Shown: in pieces, positions 20,897-29,697 of the stretch
How positions within the stretch are numbered: position 1 is the first letter of the stretch
How the letters are laid out: each line of letters begins with the position of its first letter
Assembly: GCA_048886685.1 (NCBI GenBank)
Contig: JBHLKM010000005.1
Coordinates: forward strand, 106,958 to 170,957
DNA: 64,000 bases
From: Candidatus Hodarchaeota archaeon
GTDB taxonomy: Archaea; Asgardarchaeota; Lokiarchaeia; Sigyniarchaeales; SOKP01
Direction of reading: 5' to 3'
The notes under the pieces: model-generated
The model's input: only the letters and a program-made list of their open reading frames with translations
What the model was told of the DNA's origin: nothing
Databases searched by the model: none
Translations under genes and position numbers: made by a program

Positions 20897-20967
20897 GCGC
20901 TCGTAGTATAGTGGTAATATGCTAGCTTCCCAAGCCAGCGTCCCGGGTTCAATTCCCGGCGGGCGCA
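20897..20967 (+). tRNA. tRNA-Gly(CCC)
   Basis: Acceptor GCGCTCG/CGGGCGC, anticodon loop TT-CCC-AA, T-arm CCGGG-TTCAATT-CCCGG; CCA not encoded. Confidence 0.93.
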
Positions 20968-21088
20968 TTTTAAATATTAATGCTTTGAATAGAAAAAACC
21001 GAAAATTCTTGAACTAATTCTTATGTAATGGAATTAATATTGCAAAAAACAGATTTAGAATAGTGATAATTATCTTTAATCTAACCTT

Positions 21089-21352
21089 CTAGTTTCCCAG
21101 ATTGTCCAGAAATAAGTTAAGCGAAGGTGAATCGTTTTCTATTTCTTTACAAAATACAGAAATTTCACCAAATAGAGAAGCTGCTTTTTGAAAAACTCCA
21201 TTTTTCTTATATTTTTCTGCTTCTTCCATATCTAACATTAATTCTATTAACGGTTTAAATAATTCTAGAATCTCATAAACATTTTTTAAGATATTTTTTA
21301 CAAGATGAATTTTTCTATTAATCTTATCATCCATAGTTGACATACAATTCAC
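21089..21352 (-). CDS. Small helical hypothetical protein
   Basis: 87-aa ORF with protein-like composition, filling an otherwise empty gap. Confidence 0.55.
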   Translation of the reverse strand: MNCMSTMDDKINRKIHLVKNILKNVYEILELFKPLIELMLDMEEAEKYKKNGVFQKAASLFGEISVFCKEIENDSPSLNLFLDNLGN

Positions 21353-21641
21353 AACTTATTTTTTTACTTAAATCCATTTTTGAATAATAATTATATTTTA
21401 TTTATTAAATGTTTTCGTTTTTATTTTGCTAATATTGTGTTTGTATACAAAAAGATCTTACAATTTAAGTTGAAATTATATTTGTGGGAAAATTCTCAAT
21501 CAAAACATATTTTTGAGGTATTTTATTGAAAAAGAAATATTTCAATTTTTTACATATTTCTATGAATTTATCACATTAAAGGAACTCTACATTCATTTGG
21601 GGGAAAAATGATGAATAAAAAGAGGAATATTTATGTAAAGA

Positions 21642-22310
21642 TTAGTTTAATTTTTCTACCTTTCGTATTAAATCTCTAAGATGTAAATTTCCCATCCCGA
21701 ATTTTACCCGAAATGAAAACATCAAAACCAAATTGAATTTTATGCCATTTATCTCCATAAATTTAGAAATGAATTTCTCACTGTTTTCCAATTCCAAATA
21801 CATTTTCTTCACACTCACTAAGTTCCTTTCACTTCTAACCTCAAATTCTTTCATCGTGTTAAATAAAGTGTTTTGAGGTAATGAAGAATACAAGACTTTC
21901 CCTTCTTCATTGAATATGCCACTACCGATTATCTCTTTATCATCAACACAATCTCTTAATAGTTGAATGATGTTTTGAAATATCGCCATAGATGTGAAAT
22001 CATTTTCTTCGATATCAGTATCTTCCTTTTTTTCTAATACATTTACGCTGCTCTCATAAAGTTCCATTTTTGAAAATTCGAAATCTACTGTTTGATAACC
22101 TCTGACGACAAAATTTTTATCAACAAAAGCCTGAAAACTATGTTCACAATTCAATCCTGAAGGTATTGATACAGTAGTTAATTGTTTACTTTGGTTTATA
22201 ATTTTACCCGGTAACCTCAATTTTCGACTTTCTTTACAAATGGGGCATCTTGTAAGGATTTCTTCAAAAAATCTGTCAGAATTAGTTCTTATTCCATTTG
22301 GTAATGTCAT
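21642..22310 (-). CDS. Zn-ribbon plus roadblock/profilin-like domain protein
   Basis: CPIC...CEHSFQAFVDKNFVVRGY N-terminal domain; C-terminal IIGSGIFNEEGKVLYSSLP roadblock-like pattern. Confidence 0.6.
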   Translation of the reverse strand: MTLPNGIRTNSDRFFEEILTRCPICKESRKLRLPGKIINQSKQLTTVSIPSGLNCEHSFQAFVDKNFVVRGYQTVDFEFSKMELYESSVNVLEKKEDTDIEENDFTSMAIFQNIIQLLRDCVDDKEIIGSGIFNEEGKVLYSSLPQNTLFNTMKEFEVRSERNLVSVKKMYLELENSEKFISKFMEINGIKFNLVLMFSFRVKFGMGNLHLRDLIRKVEKLN

Positions 22311-22688
22311 TATTAGGTCCTTTCCTTATTTATTAAAGATATAACAGATTTAGGGATTTTAAGTTTGAAAATCCTAATGATTAAAAATCTCTTTTGTGTT
22401 CAAAATTAACTTTATTATGTAATCTTTTTTAGTAATTTAAATTTTTGTCTTAACAATCACATACGAATGGTAGTAATTAGTAATTTATATATAAATAATG
22501 TGCTCAAAAATTTAAAACGATCAAAAGCACGAAATAGTCTTACAACAAAAAGATTTAAATACAGATTCTATTATAATTCTTCTACTATACCAAGTATAAA
22601 GACACAAAAAAATAGAAAATTTACCACAAATAATCATTCAAAAGGAATATAAAAATGAAATTTTTAAAAAAAATACAGAAAAATGTCA

Positions 22689-22717
22689 GGGTGGTTTGAA
22701 TTCCACTCATCTTTTTT
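22689..22717 (+). other. Short hairpin followed by a T-run upstream of the che operon
   Basis: GGGTGG-tttgaatt-CCACTC then atctttttt. Confidence 0.3.
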
Positions 22718-22778
22718 ATTATTTTGTGTTGGTAGGAAATAGAAGTGAGAAAAGTTAGCAATATAGACAAGTTTAGGA

Positions 22779-23600
22779 ATGAAGTTAATGATAATCATGG
22801 AAAATTATCAAAATTCTAAGGAAAACCCGCTAGCAATGGAAATACTAGGAATTGGTTTAGTTAAAATTTCACAAATAAATATAGCAGCTAAATTTGATGT
22901 ACTCTTCCAGAAAGGAATAGGAGTACCACTTATTCAAAATGTTATTGAATTATATAAAAAAGAAATTATTCATAAAAAGAAGGGAAATTCAATAATTCCC
23001 TTAGAAAAGTTCACAATTTTTATTCACTATTTTGAAAATCACAATCATGATATATTAGTTATAATTTATATGGAAGAGAAAGATAGTTCAGTAAATTTTT
23101 CTAAATTATATTTTTTATCCAGAAATATAAATAGGAAATTTCAGTTAAATGAACCAGTATCAAGAATAATAGATGAATTTGATACAGCTGTGGAAATTCC
23201 CAGAACAGATGGGATCATAGCGATTTTTGTTATAGGTTCAGCAGGAAGTCCATACATATCTAAAATTAATAAGGGTAGATCTGAAATTGCAGATCATGAA
23301 GTTCACATAGGGGGCTTCATTTCCGCCTTATTATCATTTTCAAACACTATTATTGGAGAAGAAACAGGAGCTAAATTAAAAGAAATTAACTTTGGTAATC
23401 AACAATTCTATGTTATATCGAAGAGCAATGTGATATTTGCTTTTTTGGTAGAAAATATGAACTCATTAATTCAAAGATACATGTATTTACTTGCTGATGA
23501 ATTCCTCTACCAATTTAAAAATCTTATAAAAGATTTTAACGGGGATATAACCCCATTCAACTGTTTTGAAGAAAAAATAAATCAATATTTTATAATATAA
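22779..23600 (+). CDS. Longin-domain protein
   Basis: C-terminal IIAIFVIGSAGSPYIS...IGGFISALLSFS...LKEINFG...EFLYQF...FNGDITPF pattern typical of Asgard longin folds. Confidence 0.7.
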   Translation: MKLMIIMENYQNSKENPLAMEILGIGLVKISQINIAAKFDVLFQKGIGVPLIQNVIELYKKEIIHKKKGNSIIPLEKFTIFIHYFENHNHDILVIIYMEEKDSSVNFSKLYFLSRNINRKFQLNEPVSRIIDEFDTAVEIPRTDGIIAIFVIGSAGSPYISKINKGRSEIADHEVHIGGFISALLSFSNTIIGEETGAKLKEINFGNQQFYVISKSNVIFAFLVENMNSLIQRYMYLLADEFLYQFKNLIKDFNGDITPFNCFEEKINQYFII

Positions 23601-23618
23601 AAACGAGGTATAAAGAAA

Positions 23619-24155
23619 ATGATTCAAGACCAGGAATATAAAGGTATAAACCAAGTTTCCATCCTTATATTTCAAATTGGATGGGAGCAGTTCGTTATTG
23701 ACCTTCTTGATGTTAAAGAAATAATTCAAGCAGGGCAAATAAGAAAATTGCCAAAAAGCTTAGATTACATAGATGGAATTTATAATTACAGAGGAGAGAT
23801 AATACACGTTGTTAATTTAAAAAAAAAGTTAAACCTGAATGAGTATATGCTATATCGTTCTAAATACTCCTCTACAGAAGAAGAAAATTATAGTAACACA
23901 AAGAGATACATAATTATTTTAAAAGTGGATAATAACCTTATTGGATTTTATGTTGATCGCATTGTAAACATCGATCACATCGACATCAACGAAATTGTAG
24001 AACTTAGTCCTATTTTTCAAACAAGTGTAGCTATGGAATACATTAAAGGAGTTATAAATTTTAAGGAAAGACCAAGAATTATGCTTGATTTAGGCAAGAT
24101 TCTTAACGAAGTTGAGAAATTTAAAATCCAACAAGATCTGTCATCTTTGACATAA
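23619..24155 (+). CDS. cheW: Chemotaxis scaffold CheW
   Basis: VKEII...LPKSLDYIDGIYNYRGEIIHVVNL...IGFYVDRI...YIKGV. Confidence 0.93.
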   Translation: MIQDQEYKGINQVSILIFQIGWEQFVIDLLDVKEIIQAGQIRKLPKSLDYIDGIYNYRGEIIHVVNLKKKLNLNEYMLYRSKYSSTEEENYSNTKRYIIILKVDNNLIGFYVDRIVNIDHIDINEIVELSPIFQTSVAMEYIKGVINFKERPRIMLDLGKILNEVEKFKIQQDLSSLT

Positions 24156-24189
24156 AAATAAATTTAAAATAAAAAATGGAGTTGATTAA

Positions 24190-24585
24190 ATGACAAACGA
24201 AAAGAAAAAGGTTTTGATTGTGGATGACGCCCAATTTACTCGGAACATGCTAAAAAGTATCATTAGTAAGATTCAACTAATCGAAGTTATTGGTGAAGCT
24301 GCTAATGGTGTTGAAGCTATCGCCTTGTATAAAAAATTAAATCCTGATTTGGTTACTATGGATTTAGTTATGCCAGAAAAAGGGGGTATTGAAGCAACAG
24401 AAGAGATCTTAAAAATTAATCCGAAAGCGTTAATCGTTGTTGTATCAGCGTTGGGACAAGAAGCTCTAGTCCTTGAAGCAGCAAAGAAGGGAGCAAAAGA
24501 TTTTATACAAAAACCTTTCAAGACTGAACAAATACTTGAGGTAATGGATCGCATACTAAAAAATAAGAAAGAAGTTAAAAATTAA
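24190..24585 (+). CDS. cheY: Single-domain response regulator CheY
   Basis: VLIVDDA, PDLVTMDLVMP, VSALGQ, GAKDFIQKPF. Confidence 0.93.
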   Translation: MTNEKKKVLIVDDAQFTRNMLKSIISKIQLIEVIGEAANGVEAIALYKKLNPDLVTMDLVMPEKGGIEATEEILKINPKALIVVVSALGQEALVLEAAKKGAKDFIQKPFKTEQILEVMDRILKNKKEVKN

Positions 24586-24613
24586 ATTGTAAATTAAATA
24601 ATAGGGTGATTAA

Positions 24614-26698
24614 GTGGCAACTAACGACGATATTAAGCTTTTCATTAGTGAAGCAGAAGATCTTATTCAGAAGACTGAGGATGAGATTCTAAAACTAGAA
24701 GAGAATCCAAAAAATCCTAAACCAATTCAGGAACTTTTTTTTACATTTCACACACTTAAGGGCCTTACAGCCATGGCTGGATTTGAAAACCTTTCAAAAT
24801 TTTGTCATCACTTTGAAACCTTTTTAGAAAATACTAAAGATAAAGAGGTATCAACGAAAAAGCGAACAGATTTTATTGATATGTTATTTGAAAGTTTAGA
24901 TGTACTTCGTAATGTCTTAAAAAAAGTAAAAAAGGGAGATTTATCAGATATTGATGCCAAATTTGTAGAAGAGATAAAAGGAAGTTTTGATAATTTTGAA
25001 GCAGAATACGATATAACTTTTATCCAACCAATTTCTACAGATGAAATTACGAAAATTTTAAATGACACGCAGAAAAAACCTTATAAGATATATATCCGTT
25101 TAGAAGATACATGCGTTTTCAAAAAAGTAAGATTGTTTATCATCTTTCGAGCATTAAATGGAATTGGACGGATTTGTTGGACAAATCCTGCTCCAGAATC
25201 TTTAGAGAAAGCAATTTTAAAGAATGAATTTGAAATCTTTTATATCAGTCAAAAAAATAAAACTGAAATTTCTCATGTTTTAGACGAAATATTAGAGATT
25301 GAAAATATTGTTATTTCAACTTTAAAACCTAAAGAATTTCATGATATAATAGCAAATCTTAAGGAAAAATGGGAGAATGAACAATCAGTACCAGCAGACC
25401 ATGAAATTGAGGAGGAAAGCATCTATGAAGAGGAAGTAATAGATGAAGAACTTGAACGAGTTAGTAATATTTTAGAGGATTACTCAGACGATAGCATTAA
25501 AATTACTAGTGTAAAGGTAAATATAGAAAATTTAGAGGAATTAATGAATTATTTTGGAGAACTAGTTATAATGAAGAATCACATCAGCCAACTTCTAAAA
25601 GATAAACAAGATAGAGCCATAAATAGACTATTTGATAAAATGGACAAACCCTTTTTGGATATCCAAGAGATACTTTTTAAATTAAAGCTAATAAGAGTTG
25701 AATCAACTTTTCGAAAGTATAAAAGACTTGTTCGAGATGTAGCAAATGAAACAAGTAAAAAATTAAGATTAATTTTACAAGGGACAAATGTAGAGATTGA
25801 CCGAAAGATATTGGAAGAACTAAATTCTCCTTTAGTTCATCTCATACGAAATGCTATATATCATGGAATTGAATTACCAGCTGAAAGAAAAAAAAAGGGT
25901 AAGACCGATCTAGGAATTTTAAGGTTAAAAACATATAGAAAAGCAGGTTCTATTTATATTGAGATACAAGATGATGGGGCAGGTTTAGATTATGTCAAAA
26001 TCAAAGAGAAAATTGTTGCAAAAGGTTATTATGATCGTGAAGAAGTTAAAGAATTAACTGACGAAATCCTAAATAAATTTATTCTAATGCCAGGATTTTC
26101 GACTTTATCTGATGCTGACATAATTTCAGGAAGAGGAATGGGGCTAGCTATAGTTGCTGAGAAGATAAAAGAACTAGGAGGGGATTTTCTTATTGAATCG
26201 CAAAAAGATATTGGAACTAGATTTACTTTGGTAGTACCTTTTACACGGGCAATACTGAGGGCACAATTATTACAAGTTTCAAAGGATTTATTCGCAATCC
26301 CCACTGAGAATATTAAGCAAATTTATTTCTTCGATCAGAATAAGGTAGAATATATAGAAGGTAAGCAATATTATAAGATAGATTCGAGATTAATACCCGT
26401 CATCCATTTAGACCAGCACTTACGAATGGTAGACCTAATTGAAACAAACTCACATAAAAAAATAGCTGTTTGGTGTCAAAAAGATGAGGAAAATTCTGCT
26501 ATACTAGTTGCGGATAAACAACTTCAACAATTAGATGTGGTTGTAAAACCCTTTACATCCAGCTATTCTGATTCTCGTGATATTTTAGGATCTACAATTA
26601 CAGGAGAGGGTTCGATTTGTCTCATTCTAGATGCTTTGAGTATCATATCAAGACAGTCATCTGAATATGAAGTATCTTTAATAAATAAATTAAATTAA
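24614..26698 (+). CDS. cheA: Chemotaxis histidine kinase CheA
   Basis: Hpt FHTLKG, P2-like region, HLIRNAIYHGIE, DDGAG, PGFST, SGRGMGL, C-terminal CheW-like domain. Confidence 0.96.
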   Translation: MATNDDIKLFISEAEDLIQKTEDEILKLEENPKNPKPIQELFFTFHTLKGLTAMAGFENLSKFCHHFETFLENTKDKEVSTKKRTDFIDMLFESLDVLRNVLKKVKKGDLSDIDAKFVEEIKGSFDNFEAEYDITFIQPISTDEITKILNDTQKKPYKIYIRLEDTCVFKKVRLFIIFRALNGIGRICWTNPAPESLEKAILKNEFEIFYISQKNKTEISHVLDEILEIENIVISTLKPKEFHDIIANLKEKWENEQSVPADHEIEEESIYEEEVIDEELERVSNILEDYSDDSIKITSVKVNIENLEELMNYFGELVIMKNHISQLLKDKQDRAINRLFDKMDKPFLDIQEILFKLKLIRVESTFRKYKRLVRDVANETSKKLRLILQGTNVEIDRKILEELNSPLVHLIRNAIYHGIELPAERKKKGKTDLGILRLKTYRKAGSIYIEIQDDGAGLDYVKIKEKIVAKGYYDREEVKELTDEILNKFILMPGFSTLSDADIISGRGMGLAIVAEKIKELGGDFLIESQKDIGTRFTLVVPFTRAILRAQLLQVSKDLFAIPTENIKQIYFFDQNKVEYIEGKQYYKIDSRLIPVIHLDQHLRMVDLIETNSHKKIAVWCQKDEENSAILVADKQLQQLDVVVKPFTSSYSDSRDILGSTITGEGSICLILDALSIISRQSSEYEVSLINKLN

Positions 26699-26744
26699 AT
26701 TTTTTTTAAAAACAAATAATAAGTTTCACTGAATTAATAAAAAT

Positions 26745-28769
26745 TTGGAGGAAAAAGAAATGGGTTTTAAGAAAGTTAGTCAAGACGAATTAAAGACAAA
26801 TAGTGGTCCAGGATTTCTCGGTATGCCTATAAGAGAAGTAGGAAAAATTGTACAAACTAAAAAAAGAGAGAAAAAAATAGATTCAAATTCACTTGGCTCA
26901 ATCTCAGAGATACTGATTCTAAATGAAGAATTTTTAGAATATAAATATCAAAACACTGGGAAAAGGAACGCTTTAGCGGGTAATGGAAATATAGTAGTTT
27001 TCAACAACTCACTTAAAGATAGAATATGGGATGCTTTTTTAAAATTTACAGGAACTCAATTTGATAATCAAGATTCAGAAAAAGGTATGCATTTGGGAAT
27101 TTTTGAACCTAATTCAAACAAAATTTTGAAATATGAAATTGTTAATTCAGAAATATTACCAGATTTAGTGTCTGTAAATGAAAGCATAGAAAATCTGAGC
27201 CAAGATATTAAAAATGTAGGAAATGACTATAATGACGAAGAAGACAAAATAAGTAATAACCAAAAAAATCATATGTTGTTATTAGGAAAAGAAAATAAAG
27301 TAAAGTTTTCTATACTTGTAGAAAATAAATCTTCTTCTGTCTTAGAAAATATTAGACTTAAAAAACAATTCTCAAATAATTTCTATGATATAGACTTTAA
27401 AGGTTCAGTAAGTAAAAACATTGAAATCACTAGTAATTACATTGAATGTCCTATTAAGAATCTAAATCCAGGAGAGAAAATTGAAGTGATTCTTCATGCA
27501 AATATATTTCCAAAAAGGAAAGAAAATATTAGTACTGGAAGAATAGAGGTTTCATTTAATTTAAAGAATCAAATCATCTCAGAAGTGGAAATCAACCATT
27601 TCTCTGCATATTCTCATGCTATGCATGCTATTCGAAAAGTAGAGAAAGATCATGCTCCAAATCACTGGGATTGTTCTTTAATATTCGGAAATCGTAGTGA
27701 TTTCAAGATGAAATTAAACTCAATCTTGATTTTAGATAAATCTAAAAAGAATAAAATATTAGAACTTGATTTTAGTGACAAAATGGTAATAACAGTCCCA
27801 GGAGAGAGCTATAAAACGGAACATTTTGATTATCAAGATGAAAAAGAACCAACCTTTTCAAGAAAAGTAGATTATTCTGTCGATTATAAAGTTGAGAAAA
27901 ATTCTATGATTACAGTTCAAGTTGAAAATAGTTTATTTAAAGTAGCTAATGCATTGATCAAAAAGAAAATTGAAGAGCAGGAAATTAAGTCATTTGAAGA
28001 ATCAAAAGTTAACACTGAATTTATTGTGAGGAATCGAGGGACTATGCCAATAAAAGGGATTATAGCTCAAGAAAAAATACCTCAAGACTTTTTACCACCT
28101 AGGGATGTCTCAAATTTTCAATTTTTAAATTCTGCAGGAGAATTAAAACTTGATGATATAGCTTTAAAAATTAGTCCTGATGATGACGATCCAACACACG
28201 AACACGTTTTAGAATTGAATGTTAACTTAGAAACTAATCATAGAAGTAATTTAATAGGAGTAGATGACTTTTTAGAGGTTAAATACCCTTTAACTGCCGT
28301 AACTCCTAATTATGAAAAAGATTATGACTTTCTATTGGAGATACAATCCTATTATTCAAAATTCTTAGAGTCTGAACAAAATGAATATTATGTAATCACA
28401 GATAATATCTCTGGTATGGATAAATCCGCGTTACAAATTACTCACAAACGTCGTAAATTAATGATAGGAAAAGAAATCTTTCCTGGAAGGGACAGCAATG
28501 AATTTGCTATTTATATAACTGCAAAAAATGGTTCAAACATAAAATTATCAGATGTAAATGTTACTGACACATTCCCAGATTCGTTTGAATTAGTTTCTGC
28601 AAATATTGACCACAAACTTAGCAAAGTTGATAAGTCGGGTGAACGTAAAATATCTTTCAATTTAGATCTTTTACAACCATATCAAGAGAGAGAAATAATG
28701 TACTATTTAAAAAACATTACAGGAAAAGAGATTAAATTTTCAGAATTAGAATCATTTTTTATTGGTTAA
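26745..28769 (+). CDS. Large beta-rich protein with repeated Ig-like (DUF11-like) modules, no signal peptide
   Basis: Repeated motifs VENKSS..LENI, VRNRGT..IKGI..EKIPQDF, AKNGSN..LSDVNVTDTFPDSF. Confidence 0.6.
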   Translation: MEEKEMGFKKVSQDELKTNSGPGFLGMPIREVGKIVQTKKREKKIDSNSLGSISEILILNEEFLEYKYQNTGKRNALAGNGNIVVFNNSLKDRIWDAFLKFTGTQFDNQDSEKGMHLGIFEPNSNKILKYEIVNSEILPDLVSVNESIENLSQDIKNVGNDYNDEEDKISNNQKNHMLLLGKENKVKFSILVENKSSSVLENIRLKKQFSNNFYDIDFKGSVSKNIEITSNYIECPIKNLNPGEKIEVILHANIFPKRKENISTGRIEVSFNLKNQIISEVEINHFSAYSHAMHAIRKVEKDHAPNHWDCSLIFGNRSDFKMKLNSILILDKSKKNKILELDFSDKMVITVPGESYKTEHFDYQDEKEPTFSRKVDYSVDYKVEKNSMITVQVENSLFKVANALIKKKIEEQEIKSFEESKVNTEFIVRNRGTMPIKGIIAQEKIPQDFLPPRDVSNFQFLNSAGELKLDDIALKISPDDDDPTHEHVLELNVNLETNHRSNLIGVDDFLEVKYPLTAVTPNYEKDYDFLLEIQSYYSKFLESEQNEYYVITDNISGMDKSALQITHKRRKLMIGKEIFPGRDSNEFAIYITAKNGSNIKLSDVNVTDTFPDSFELVSANIDHKLSKVDKSGERKISFNLDLLQPYQEREIMYYLKNITGKEIKFSELESFFIG

Positions 28770-28813
28770 ATCAAATTATTTAAAAAAAAAGAAGAAAAAC
28801 TGGAGGAAAAATA

Positions 28814-29665
28814 ATGAATTTACAGTTTTATGAAACAATACAAGATAAGTCAAAAAAATATTTGACATATTTAATTGACCAGATATTGCCAAAATTCACA
28901 ATCAGTGAATTTAAATATTTTTTAGAAGATGTAACAGAGAATACTAGTAAAACCAGTAAGGGAAGAAAGGGAACAAATGAAGAACAAACAGTAGAATTTA
29001 TCAAAACTGGTGATGACAATGAAAAATTTGCAGATTTATCAAAATTAGATGAAAATCAAATAAAGACTCTATTTCAAATTTTCATCAGTAGGGAAATTAA
29101 TGACAAAATGGCAGTGAGATGGCGATTTTATCAATATATAAAATATCACCGAGGTCTAAATATAAAAGTTATAAAACTTAATAGAACATCTGAGCATTTC
29201 ATTGATTTCATTATTGAAACAGAAGAAAATGAAAAATTAATTGTTTCATGCCATGATATTCTGGAATTAAATAGCTTTAAGGAGGTTTTAAATAAAACTC
29301 CGGAGTTTGCCAAAAATCAAAAATTGAACCCTGATAGGATGATTTTTTCTGTTTACAAATCATTTCGAAACATACCAATTGAAGAGCCGTTCAAAATCGA
29401 AAACAAAGAGATAACTCCAGAGTTATGGATCGAATGGATTGAAGAAAATCTTCCTTTTAATAAAGAAGATCTTTTAATAGTCAATAATTCAGAATTAAAA
29501 CTAGCAGGATTTAACTTTACTAGTACGGAGGATTTGCTTAATTACGTATACTATAATTCGAAGGGTGGTCAAATTTCAATTTTTAAACAATCAGATTTTT
29601 TTACTGAAGCCTCTGATAATGAAGCTGAAATAGAATTACTTTGGAAAGGAATTATGATTAAATAA
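28814..29665 (+). CDS. Hypothetical protein within the che operon
   Basis: 283-aa ORF with upstream GGAGG; no motif confidently recognised. Confidence 0.7.
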   Translation: MNLQFYETIQDKSKKYLTYLIDQILPKFTISEFKYFLEDVTENTSKTSKGRKGTNEEQTVEFIKTGDDNEKFADLSKLDENQIKTLFQIFISREINDKMAVRWRFYQYIKYHRGLNIKVIKLNRTSEHFIDFIIETEENEKLIVSCHDILELNSFKEVLNKTPEFAKNQKLNPDRMIFSVYKSFRNIPIEEPFKIENKEITPELWIEWIEENLPFNKEDLLIVNNSELKLAGFNFTSTEDLLNYVYYNSKGGQISIFKQSDFFTEASDNEAEIELLWKGIMIK

Positions 29666-29697
29666 TATACAAAATAAGAAGGTAAAAGGTAATAAAA

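Noticed and set aside
22467-22652. 61-aa ORF upstream of the che operon
   Set aside because: Low-complexity AT-rich intergenic sequence, more likely the divergent promoter region
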